Assembly (NCBI RefSeq): GCF_006345805.1
Contig: NC_042998.1
Coordinates: 16,616,001 to 16,680,000 of the forward strand
Direction: 5' to 3'
Length of the DNA: 64,000 bases
Origin: Octopus sinensis
Lineage: Eukaryota
Shown: in pieces, positions 25,908 to 38,944 of the stretch
How positions within the stretch are numbered: the first letter of the stretch is position 1
Layout: every line of letters begins with the position of its first letter
Notes under the pieces: generated by a model
Databases searched by the model: none
Told to the model about the DNA's origin: nothing
The model's input: only the letters and a program-made list of their open reading frames with translations
Program-made: the position numbers and the translations under genes

Positions 25908-28900
25908 TATATATATCATGCTTATGATATACATGCTTATGTTATAGGCCGGTCTTTGTACCACTAAATTTAGTTTAATTTAGAAATTAATTAATTATGG
26001 AAATATGTTTCATTGACATTAATAGCAACAAATTAATCATACTCCGCACAAATTTCTTCGTCGGATGTCGAAGAGAAGCAAGACTGTAAGATGATGGATT
26101 TCACTTTATTTTATCTAAGTTTCAACTGGTTTGCAAATACACAAACATTTAACATTTGAAACTGCATGATTCTTAATCGCGTTCAATGAGGAAGGCAACA
26201 AGTTTTATTCTGTCCTTGAAAACGGAATTAAATGTTTCTCATGACAATTGTACATTAGGGAATTACAGTTAGAATTTTCCCCTGCTTATCATCCAGCAAT
26301 ATATAAGATATCAACGGCACCCGACAGCGCCGAAGAGTTATAGTGATATTAATGTCGATCAAATGATTCAGAAACGTACAATCACTTCCAGCACTCATAT
26401 ATTGTCCTATTATCAAGGCTACGGGGAATAGGTGGGTAGAATAAGGCAAAAATTATCTAGATATGTTTTGCCACTACAGATAAAGTCCATTGAAGGCTGA
26501 ATGACATGCTGTGACAGAGTTATGCGAGGCCCTCACCAGAACAGGTTATATTCAATGTACTTGGTGATTAATTACCGCACCAAATCACATTACACAAATC
26601 GTTGCGGCAAATGGATGATCGTCATCGCCAAGCATTACTAAACCGACCATCGAATTGTGCTTATGTACGGGGTTGAAATTTATGCAGTGAAACACTCACC
26701 ATAAACAATGATTATGTCTTATTTGTTTTGAGTAACATTCAGAAAGATATAATGCATATACTGTACCGTTCTAAAGTCTCCTTAAATAAGGGGGTTTTCT
26801 TTGGAAATAATTCCATTTCTATTTTGAAATTGCACATTTCATTTCTGCAACTAGTTTTTTCCTTTAAATATCGTAGTCCACCGCGTGTTCTTTAAAACAT
26901 GGTTTAAATGATTATGCAAAGAAATTTTTCTGGAGGAAATTAATCAGTTAATCTATAAAATGTCATTATGTCAACTAAACTTCCATCTACTAAATGCTAC
27001 CATAATGTAGCTTAAAAGACTTATAAAGAAATAAATATGTGAAAGCACATCACACGATGAAGGTTCAATAGTGCGAATGAAAGAGGTTTGTTGAAACAGT
27101 ACGTACTGAAATGTTTTATTAAGGCAAAGATAACAGCATTTAACGTAATAAAATAATTTCAGAGAATGCGCGACCTAGTATCGAATCCTCTTTATCATTT
27201 GCAGTTATTTAGCTGATGCCGGAAGGAGCAACAGGTAAGTCGCTTTAGGTGGAATTCGAAATTAGGAATTAATGATATTAATGATATTAAAGATATTAAT
27301 TCATTACGACTACGTATTTTCTTTGTCGCGCTACTTTCTTGGTTAAATCCCCACCCTCTAAAACACATATATGAAACCGGCATCAATTTAAAAATTATTT
27401 CCTTGATAGTCGCAATTAATGTAATCAGAAGGAAAGAAAACGTGATTTATGGGAATCAGGAAAAGTAAATGATATAAATTGCATTCATTTTATTATTTTT
27501 TTTTTTAGCTTCCGGCAATGAAACTATGAGAAGTGACTTTTTATCTACGTCACTTGAACAATGCAAAATAGTATGTACATAATTCAAATTACTGGTTTAC
27601 TCATTTACAACGCAGAGAGGAAAAGTGTGATAAAAATTATTTATTCAAACAATATTGTCACTTAGAATGTATAACCGGAAACATTTTTCCAATAGATTTT
27701 CGTATCCCATTTATAAAATTTATGCGGCAGAAAATCCGAACCCTCTCTTTTGTTTTCAAAGCAGTTAATCAAGCATATTTGTGTCCCCAGTCATTTCTCT
27801 CGACGTTACACGTTGCTTTAGTGACACTACTTTATCTAATCTGTTCTTAACTTATTGACAACAGTAAAGTTTGCTTAAGAAAGAGTTCAGATGTTACAAC
27901 TACGTAGTAGAGCGAGTAAGTTCAGGCAAGTTTGGTTGCATCTAGATTTGATAGACTAGGAACAACCGCAGTAAAATTTATAATTGTGAAGAACATCGTA
28001 AAATCGCTACCTCCTTAAAAAGTATTCATTAAATGTTTCATTAAATGTTGAAAATGTTCTGGGCTTTATGTTTCCAAAATTTTCTCAATGGCTATATCTG
28101 AATAAGAATTTTGATCAAGTCATCTCTAATTGTACCCAGCAGAATGAACACATACTATACGAGTCTTTTATATATAATATAATATAGTATAATATAATAT
28201 GTACAGTATACTATATAATATTATAACATGTTATACTATATAATATTATATTATATTATATTATATTATAATATATTATATCTGAAAATATACATTACTT
28301 ACCTTGATTGAAGTAAATTTTATATCACGCATTCAGGTGATGTGAGAGAAATTAGTGATTTGGCAGCGTTTCAAATATGCAACGAAGGTTTCGAAATAGT
28401 TAAATATATGCAGTGTTATCTATCACGGACTGAACAAATTATATAAGAAATGTTTTAGATATATATGGTACGCATCAAAAGGCCCATATTACATCTAAGT
28501 TACAGGGAAATAGATTTTGTGTCATGCACATTATATATAATAACAGTTATACACTATTTGATATATTTTTTTTAAATCACTGTTTTAGACGGTGTTTAGA
28601 ACTACACTGCAATCTACGACTACGACGTTCGTAGAATTTGCAATGTCGGAGTAACTATACGATAGCATTAAATCAAAATTGAACAAAGAATACATAAATA
28701 AATATATTAGAATATGAACAGTAATGATTCACCTATATAGACAAAAGACATTTTTTAATATCTCTTAAATCAAGTACAATTTTGAAATGATTATGTCACA
28801 GAAAAATTACTTAACTTCCAATCAGAGGTGTTTCTCTTTGGGAAATAGCCAGCAAAAATCTGCTCAACGTTAACAGCGTACGGCTTTCTCTTCAAAACAC

Positions 28901-29639
28901 TGATTTCTCCGCCTTTTCATTAACTGTCTCGTGCAATTATTGGGAGTGGTCATCCAATCAAATTTTCTATTGGAGTCATGTTGATCAGACAAAATATTCC
29001 GCTCGCTAATGATGCCAAAAATCGAATTCCTATAGTTTCTTTTTCTTAAAGAGCTGTCTTCGTGCTTTCTATGTATTCTCGTTGAAAGTTTTAGTTACTC
29101 AATCTTTAACAAGTCATATTATAAATGTTATTCTTCTAAAATTTCCAGCTCTGCATTTACAACAATCAATAACGTATCCTAGGTAAAGGAGCATTTATTG
29201 AATACTTATCTAATATGGTTTCTAAATATAGACTGAGATGCGTGTGTAACATAATATTGATGTTGGTATTCACTGAGTTCAAATGGGTTGGAAGTAAATG
29301 CATACATAAATCACTTGGACCACAAGAATGGAAGATGTACATACACATATATATTCATACATGAATATATATATGATATGCATATATATATTATATATAT
29401 ATAATATATATATATATATTAAATATGAAATATATATATTATATATATATATATATGCATATATATATATGGGTGTGTGTGTGAGAGAGTGTGCGTGTGT
29501 GTGTGCGTGTGTGCGTGTGTGTGTGTATACATAAATAGATAGATATATTGACACACAGATAGATAGATAGATTGATTAATTGAAAAAATAGATATTCAGA
29601 TATATATATATATATACAGATACATATATATATATTTGA

Positions 29640-29975
29640 GTAGTTGAATGAATTATCTTGTTATGGATAATTCGGTTAACCGATACCTGGGTAGCAAATT
29701 CACGTCAGAGAAGACACGTTTGAAGTTACGTTCTTTCGTGTGGAAATGTGTATGTTTTTTTTTAAATATAAATAAATGAAAGAATGGGCTCCGTGTGTGC
29801 AGTAATCTAAAATGTTTTGTGCATCTTGATGTTGACATAAGTTCCTTGCTTTTCCTGATGAGAAAGCGGCATAATATACTCCTTATTCCTTCGCAATTAG
29901 GAATATGCAGCCTTCGAAACATATGTCGAAAATAAAGGAATTTTTTAATTCATCGTTCAACTCCATTCTTTCATA
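29640..29975 (+). mobile_element. Short non-coding element between microsatellites carrying a canonical hammerhead
   Basis: Bounded by (TA)n and (CA)n/(TA)n; contains the fold at 29839-29943. Boundaries are approximate. Confidence 0.55.
29839..29943 (+). ncRNA. Type I hammerhead ribozyme fold, canonical GUC site, extended stems I and II
   Basis: aagttcctt-gc-TTTTC CTGATGA gaaagc...gccttc GAA ACATATGT C GAAAA-ta-aaggaattt; predicted cleavage after C29927. Confidence 0.85.
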
Positions 29976-29988
29976 CACACACACACAC

Positions 29989-30099
<111 letters not shown>

Positions 30100-30635
30100 A
30101 CTATATATTATATATATTATATATAATATATATATATATATATATTACACTCACCCTCGCACATATACATTAAGAGAGAGACAGACAGATAGATAGATAG
30201 ATAGATAGATAGATGTGATGTGATGTAGCAAGTATGTTTCCCATCCACATATGTCCGGGTTCTCTCCCATGCGGTGACGTCATGTGCAACTGCTTAATGT
30301 TCTACCTGTTGAATTGCAGAAGATCCTATAGTGTGTTTGCATCCTCTTCAGTGTCGAGCAGAAACGTCGCTGGTGACATTTATCCCCTCTTCTTCTCTTG
30401 CGGTAGTGTTTATGGAACTCACATGCATACGCATACTTACGCATATGTCTGGTTCAAATTTTATGCGTATTTATGCATGAGTAAGCACGTGATGTACGAG
30501 TTTGTTCATTAAAGGAAATATTTTCAGTCATATGCTCAAAATAAATTACTTCTAATCAAGTACACCTTTGGATATGTATCCCAAATATTTGAAATTTCAT
30601 TACAAGCTGCCGGATGAGATCTACGTATAAAAGTA

Positions 30636-31084
30636 CAGTAAATCCTCGAGTATAATCCGCATTTTTTTCCCACAATTTAAAGGTCAATATTACGAGGTGA
30701 AAAATGGAAAGTATTTTCTAAGCAATGTCCGAATCTCTATTTGCTGTCCGGCAATGTTTATTAAAACGCGTTTTGTGCTGCCCGGCGCGAAAATACTTTA
30801 AGCTAAGCCTGAAAGCAATGAAGTCATAAATGAATCATCCATAAGTTGCAGTAAGCAATATTTACATATTTACATTCCCATATACCAGTTAAGAACATCA
30901 CCATTATTGTATTACGCATGCGCGGAAGTGTTTGTTTGACTAGATGCTGCTGGCTTAATTACGCACGACTCAAGTTAGAGGAGGGGTGCGTATTATACAC
31001 AAGGTTTAGGTTTTTCAGAGCTACATCTCCCTAAAATCCCCTGCGTGTTATAATCAGGGGCGGACTATACTCGAGGATTTATGG
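30636..31084. mobile_element. Tc1/mariner-superfamily MITE (pogo/Tc2-like termini)
   Basis: TA|cagtaaatcctcgagtataatccgc ... gcggactatactcgaggatttatgg|TA; about 25-bp TIRs and TA TSD. Confidence 0.85.
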
Positions 31085-32339
31085 TATTTACATGTATATG
31101 GGTGTTTGCTTGTGCGTGAGAGAGAGAGAGAGAGAGACAGAGACAGACAGACAGACAGAAAGACAAACAGACAGCGTGTGTGTATGTGCTTGTGCATGTG
31201 CTTGTGTGTGTGTGTGCTCTGTAAGAATTAGGGAAACTATTCAAAATTAAATGCAACGCTCCTTTCTCGGAGAAACTAATGCAAATACATTATATTTGTG
31301 GTCTAGTATATTTAATTTGTTTTACTCAATATCCTCTACACGAATCTGTTTTAGTCACGTGGGATTAGCATTTCCTATTTGCTAAAAGACTAGTGAGAGT
31401 TAGTCTCGTAACATGTACGTTTAAACACTGTTTGGCTGACATTCTTAGCAGCGAGAGATAAACCTCTAGATCGTAGTTGCGGATAATCGTGCGCCAATTA
31501 TAACAGGTAAGCAAAGATCCATACATAGATACCTACACACTCTCAATGAGACGTGTGTTTGTCTGTGAGTCTGTCTAGCTTTCTACGCAAATGTGTGATT
31601 GTATATATAAATATATGCTCATGAGTGAGTGTAGATATATCATATTAACATTACTCATCTTAGACATTCTCGATTTTAATTTAATCAGATATAATTCAAC
31701 CGATCGTGAATTATTATACAGTACAGATGTCCTAAGACAATTTTATTCATAGTGTCAATCGTGGTATCTGTAACATTAACGGATAGTGTGATATTTCCTT
31801 CACAAAATCGATCAATAATTACGAATAATTGCACATCTCTTAACTTGTATGACAACCTTCTGCGCATACGCCTATGTTATACTTCAAGAAACTATCCAAC
31901 TGATATTACATATTTAATTTTGAAATATTTTATTAGATAAATCTTATATTATAAAATCAAATTTGTTCTCCGCTTTTCCAATCGATTTTAGCCACGAAGT
32001 CTCTTTTGGTCAATGCAGAAACCTGTACACTATTGTAAAAATAAAAGCTATCGAAACACAAGAACTGAATTCTGACAAGTTCATATCTAAAATACAATAC
32101 AGAACCTACAAAGAACCACACGCAGGACCTCCATAATGCACATACATACACATATATATGTGTATGTATGCATATGTATGTGTGTGTGTGTGTGCGAAAG
32201 GCGGTGCTGCCGCATGGCCACGGTCAAGTGACTGAAGTAAGTAATAGAATGAAAGAATAAAAGAATGCTACTTCTTGTGTTCACTTATAATAAATGCAAT
32301 TTCTCTTTACAGTAATCTGATTGGTTACTCTAACATATG

Positions 32340-32491
32340 CATGTATGTATGTATTTACGTATATATATATATATATATATATATAAGATATATATAATAT
32401 ATATATATTTATACGAATAAATACATATATAGTATACATGTATATATATATATGTATGTATACATGTGTATATATAATATATATCTATAAT

Positions 32492-32530
<39 letters not shown>

Positions 32531-32597
32531 ATTCATATATATATATATATAATATGTATATATATGTATATTTAAATATATATATATATATGTATAT

Positions 32598-32628
<31 letters not shown>

Positions 32629-32779
32629 TATGTATATATTATATATATATATATTATATATATAATATATATATATATATAATATATATTCATATAATCT
32701 ATATATCTATATATCTAATTATATATTAATTATATGTATATTTATATATATATATATATATATATGTATATTTATATAG

Positions 32780-32812
<33 letters not shown>

Positions 32813-32905
32813 TATATATATATATTATATATAATATATTTATATATGTATATTTATATTATATATATATATATATGTATATTTATATATATATATATAT
32901 ATTTA

Positions 32906-32949
<44 letters not shown>

Positions 32950-32977
32950 TTATATATAATATATATATATATTATAT

Positions 32978-33032
<55 letters not shown>
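32340..33032. repeat. About 700-bp degenerate (TA)n array
   Basis: Direct reading; source of the poly-IY ORFs. Confidence 0.95.
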
Positions 33033-33036
<4 letters not shown>

Positions 33037-33487
33037 TCCGTAATAATGAAGGGTGAAATTAATTAATTTGGAATAATATACAACACCAAGTAGTCTTCGG
33101 CATGTAAAAGCCTCATTCGAGGAAAATTTAAGTAATACTAAGCAATAAAGGTTTAGCACGAATTGCCTTACCACATACCGAATTTAGAAATAGCAGTCAA
33201 AGGGTTATAGCTATTTCTTCTACTAAAAAGGGGGAGATTCTCATAAAACAGCATTTGGAGGCAGACACAAACAGGTAAGAGAGAATGAATTGACTGCAAT
33301 CTAAAAATGTATGATAGATTGCAGTCATTCATTCTCTCTTTACCTGTTTGTGTGTCTGCCTTCCAAATGCTGTTTTACTGAGATCTCCCTTTTTAGTTAG
33401 AAGAAATAGCTATAACCCTTTGATGCTATTTCTAAATCGGTATGTGGTAAGGCAATTCGTTGCTAAACCCTTTATTGCTTAGTATTA
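33033..33487 (-). mobile_element. Truncated relative of the 19-kb element with an about 170-bp palindrome
   Basis: Shares gagggtaaaattaattaat, caccaagta and ccacatac.gaa..ttagaaatagcag..aaagg...tagctatttct motifs with 19034-19806; arms 33133-33303 and 33315-33487; (TA)n on both sides. Confidence 0.7.
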
Positions 33488-33520
33488 TTAATATATATAT
33501 ATATACAGACAACATACTAC

Positions 33521-33561
<41 letters not shown>

Positions 33562-33719
33562 GTATGTATATATAAATATATATTATATACATATATATAT
33601 ATTATATATATATATATATTATATAATATATATATATATATCTGCAGATATTATTATGATCATTATGTCAAATAGTTCCAAGTGACTACAGAAGCATTAT
33701 TATAGCAAGAGTCAGAGGT

Positions 33720-34590
33720 TTTCTAATAGAATGCACAAAAGTACTTTTGCCGAGTCTCAAAAATAGTATTCGGACTTTTGCATTAATAACAGAGCAGAAT
33801 GAAGCCGCTTAGCAGTGACTTCCCTGGAAGTCTGCTGTGTAAGCTCACTAACGTTTAATGTTCTAGCTCACTTGTACTGTTTATTGTAGTGCTTGGCAGG
33901 AAGATGTGCAGCGTGCGTTCGTGGCATTGACTATGACAGAAAAAGTTGTCATGGCGATACCTGTTCAGAGGCCTACGCAAAGTTTCAGAAAGTGTATGGA
34001 GAAGAGCGTATGAGCTACACACAAGAGCACGAGTAGTTCAGATATTTCCAAGTTGTCCGAAAATATATCGATATTGACGAACGTTCTTGGAGACCTGCAA
34101 TCAGAAAAACTGAGAAATACATCGCCGGTGTATTGCATCAGGGAAATTGTAGAATAAACATGCGTGAGTTACCAGAAGATGTAGAGATTAATTACGGTTC
34201 AGTTCAGTCATTTCTCAATGAACATTTTGATATGAGACAGCTATCTGCTAAATTTGTGCCAAAACTGCCTAGTTTGTGCTAAAACCTGAACTGACCTGAA
34301 AAACTCTCGTGTTTCGGTTGCACATGATCTCCTTGATTGTGTCGAAATCGATGAAAACTTTGCCTCAGCCACTGGGCAGGTAACTCAAAGATTTTGTCAA
34401 AATATGATGCAGGTTCTGTGCTCAACTTTCTCTGTCAAGTTTAAAGCGACGATCACACGCTACACACTTTCCTTCCAAGTACTGCAGTAAAGAGTGGAAG
34501 TGAACTAGAACGTTAAAACTTAGTGCGCATGCACAACAGCGTCTACGTGCTTTAGCATCGTTACTATGGTAACATTCCAGATACTCAGAT
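33720..34590 (+). pseudogene. mariner transposase N-terminal relic
   Basis: KFQKVYGEE...DERSWRP...INMRELPEDVEINYGSVQSFLNEHFDMRQLSAKFVPKL (HTH region plus WVPHEL-like motif); catalytic domain missing; ends uncertain. Confidence 0.75.
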
Positions 34591-34846
34591 CACGTATTTG
34601 TATCGTTGACAGAAAAGAAACCGCTGCTACATCCGCCGGAAACATTGGGTCCCTTACTTCCACTTTGATATCGACTACTCAGTAACAGACATCAAGAATT
34701 CGCACAACAGCGGCATCTACCGTCAAGTATATATTGAATATCAGCGTCTATTAAAGTAATAATCGCGCAAGTAGCCACTGGATTTATTAAGAAAACGATT
34801 AATATTGATAGAAGCAGTACTAATATCAAAAAGCAATATATATTTC

Positions 34847-35520
34847 TGTTATAGTGAAAGTGGTGCTCCACTTCCCACGCGATAAAGACGTATAGAGCAG
34901 CCAGTATAAAGTCAGACAGTCTGTCGTTGTAGGCAGTCAGTAGGAGTAGAGTCGTTGTACGAGTTCTCAGTTAGAGTCAGTGTTAGTTATGTGACATATA
35001 CGAGTTCGAAATATCGTTAAGGTAGACGTCTCAATGTCATTATCTTGCGGAGCTATCAATGATAGCACGATAGACAAGTCCAAGATAATAAGACACGGAA
35101 TACCGCCACAGTATAATTGTGGCGACAAGAATATTACAGTGTCGACAATAACATACAGGTAGATGTGGATCCACAATACGATAGTGGCGACAAAGATATA
35201 AACAATTCACGCTGACAACGCTGACAAAAAATTATTTTTCATTAGAAAATTAAAAAATGCACGCGAACGACGTTACAACATTTTCTTGTGGAGAAATCGA
35301 AAACTCCACAGAAAAGTAACAAAAAATTTTATTGTAGCTATTTTAAGAAAATCCGTAAGATTATGGAAAACTTGTTAGAGGATCTATTTGAGTTGGAAAA
35401 ACTGCAACACCAACAACTCAATAAATAACTACTAATGTTACAGCAACAAATGCTACACTACAGCTACTCCGTTTCCTCTCGAAGACAGCGAGATTATTGT
35501 AGTGGGAAACTTGTTTGAAA
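34847..35520 (+). mobile_element. Gypsy-type LTR, PBS-like tggcgac and gag start relic
   Basis: Starts TGTTATAG; tatcttgcggagctatcaatgatagc matches the LTRs at 53953-55248; tggcgac at 35185; MENLLEDLFELEKLQHQQL from 35363. Confidence 0.6.
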
Positions 35521-36895
35521 ATTAAAATGAGAATTAAATGGAAGAATGAGTTACGTGAATGTCTTTACAGGAGTGATTGAAATAAATTGCGATATTGGAA
35601 CGCCAGAAACACGCACGTATACACACCTACATACGCATACATAAAGTATCAAACAAACATAAGATGAAATGGACGTGTGAGAAGGAGCGAGAGACACCTC
35701 ATAGAGAGATATAGAGAGAGACAGAGCGAGTGAAGGGATGTGTTGTCATGCATACGTAGATAAATATATAAATAAGCATACAACTTTTTTGTATGTATGT
35801 GTGCGTGTGTATGCGTGTGAGAGTGCCACTTAGACATCACTCGCTCTCACACACGCATATATATGTATATGTATATATATGTATATATGTGTATGTATGT
35901 ATGTATGTATGTATGTATGTGTGTGTGTGTGTGGTGTGTGTGTATGTATGTATGTATGTATGTATGTATGTATGTATGTATGTATGTATGCATCTGTGTG
36001 TGTGTTTGTGTCTTAGCCGTTCAGAACTGATGTTTTTTCGACGTGAGTTTGTTTATGTTTATTTATTGGGTAGTGTTTTTTGTGGCATTTTAATTGCTTG
36101 TTTATGATTTTTTTTTCGAGATGTGTTTCTATATAATGGATTCGTTACTTTTTTAAGATTTGTTGATGAGCCACTATACTTTACACCAACGTGGTGAGTA
36201 AAGTGTTAAATATGTTTTACTTCTCAAAAGGTGTTGTTTGTGAAGGATATATTTGAAAAAAAATTAAGTCGTAATCCATTAGCTATATACTTCAAGAATA
36301 GTTGTTTCCATGGGTAATGAATTCTGGAGAAATATTTCAGAGATTTAAAATGTCTGTTCTTTCAGGAAAGTAGTTACACTTGTTTTGTGTGAGTCCATTT
36401 ATGAATGCGTATGTTTATAGATGAGTGGGGTCTGAGTTGTTTGTATTTCTATAGAAATATTTTTTACATTTTTTTCAATGAGTTATGTCGGTGCAAAGAA
36501 GATGTATGTTATCTGTAGTTGGTAAGCTATAGACTACACCTGGGTTGAATGTTTATTTTCCAGTATCCATAGAACCTTCATAAAATTTTATGTGTATACC
36601 TGCGTGCATGTGTGGCGGATTTGATTTGGTTTATGATGGCTAATGAGTAGTTTAAGCTGTGAATTTGGTTTTTATTTATAATTGATTTTAAATGTATGCT
36701 TTTGTTATGGTGGAAATATTTTATACGTTCTGATTTTATTATGATGAATAAATTTCTATTAATTTATCCGTGATATGTACATTCTTTACTGGTTCATGTA
36801 GAAGAATCATGTTTCAGTTCAGATGGAAACCTATCTTGTCTTTTGGAAAACTTTCAATGTCTCTGTTTTTGCGGATAATATGTCTAAGATTATAT

Positions 36896-37137
36896 ACTCT
36901 TTTGCTCTTTACTCTTTTACTTGTTTCAGTCATTTGACTGCGACCATGCTGGAGCACCGCCATTTAGTCGAGCAAATCGACCCCGGGGACTTATTCTTTT
37001 TTGTAAGCCCAGTACTTATTGCATCGGTCTCTTTTGCCGAACCGCTAAGTGACAGGGACGTAAACACGCCAGCATCGGTTGTCAAGCAATGCTAGGGGGG
37101 GACAAACACAAGCACACACATATACACACACACATAT

Positions 37138-37194
<57 letters not shown>

Positions 37195-37197
37195 ATA

Positions 37198-37233
<36 letters not shown>

Positions 37234-37394
37234 CGACAGGCTTCTTTCAGTTTTCGTCTACCAAATCCACTCACAAGGCATTGTCGGCCCGGGCTATAGC
37301 AGAAGACACTTGCCCAGATGCCCACGCAGTGGGACTGAACCCGGAACCATGTGGTTGGTTAGCAAGCTACTACCACACTGCCACTCCTGCACCT
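36896..37394 (-). mobile_element. tRNA-derived SINE, family S2
   Basis: Same sequence as 11285-11725, with a longer internal (TA)n. Confidence 0.9.
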
Positions 37395-37705
37395 ATATGT
37401 TGCTGTTTTTTTTTGCGTGGGGAGAGAATTAAAAAATGTATGCATGTGTGCGATGGTTTATTTTACGTACAGTTTTCAATTATATTGCGGATATTTTCCA
37501 TCAAATTGTTATTACCTGTACACTTGCAAGTTGTGCCACACAAGTTATCAAAGGGATTGCAGAGACACGTGAAGTTAAGAGTCTTTCACCGCAGATACCA
37601 GGAATCTAAACAAAGACATTACACACCAGATTACCAAAACATTAGCCGTTGAGCCGGCACTCATACATACCTTGATATACTCTTCTGTACATACATACAT
37701 ACATA

Positions 37706-37742
<37 letters not shown>

Positions 37743-38851
37743 ATATATATATGACTGTTTGATTTCGTTATTTTTCTTCGTTTTTGCCTTAGTGAGTTAT
37801 AAATACTGTTGTCTGTGGGACATATTTTTGTAGTAAAGTCTTCTGGCTGCTATTTGTAATATTTTCGGTATTTGGTCTAGCAACCTGTTGCAAAGACCCT
37901 CATAATTATATATATACGTGTATATATACATACATACTTGCACATAAATACACACCCACACACACGCACGCACGCACAGACACGCACATTCAAATACGCG
38001 CACACATTATTTTTAACAGGATTTTAAAGATAATTGTTATATATGCGTGCCTGTGTAAGGAAACTTTAACCAACTCTTTAATGGTTATTATGACTTGAAA
38101 CTAGCGCGGAATATATACAAACCCAGTATACGAGGTGGAGAACTTTACTCAGTTTTTAGATTAGTAATCCAAATATTGCCAAGGGTTATTCCTCTTCCAA
38201 GTTAATGATATCACATCTCTCTTCATCACGTTCTAGGAGGAATTATTGAAAATTATGAAACTAATACTTGTTAATCCGAATTAGTGAACCATAATCAGTG
38301 TTGTGAAGAACATTAAATAGTGTTTATTTCTCATATTTGACAAAGAAATATTGATATATAGAAGAGGTGAAACTCAAACAACTGCACATAGGACTTACAG
38401 CATATTTCATCATTTTCTTTCTAGAAATCCTCTTTGCATACTCCTTCCCTACATAGTAAATATGCTGATGACATCTTAAAATCGACGACGACCGATAATT
38501 TTAAAACACCATTCAACAGATAATTAGCATATTATCTAGTGTTTATCATTGGTATTTGAATTGTTTCACTAATTAAACTGTACCCATACTAGAGCACCAC
38601 CTTGAGTAATTTGTCGGTGAATGAATGAAGCACATTAATTATGTTTTAAAGACCGGTACACGTTCTATCGATATTTCCGAGCTAAGTTACGGCAACGTAT
38701 ACACACCAACACCGGCTGTCAAGCAGCTCTGCAGGCCATACACATTCCTAAATATGCATACACATGCACAGACACACTCAAACAGAAGCAGAAAGAGACA
38801 TACACACACATACATAATGCATATATATATATATATTATATATATATATAT

Positions 38852-38888
<37 letters not shown>

Positions 38889-38944
38889 AAGATAGATAGA
38901 TAGATATAGTATTTAATTGTGATTACAAAATAGAATATTTACTG

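Noticed and set aside
28303-28429. Minus-strand exon candidate (good acceptor and AAG|GTAAGT)
   Set aside because: Stops in all three frames and no other support.
36100-36830. Strand-biased segment, possibly a decayed PLE/LINE frame (similar at 44100-45050)
   Set aside because: No motif could be read with confidence.
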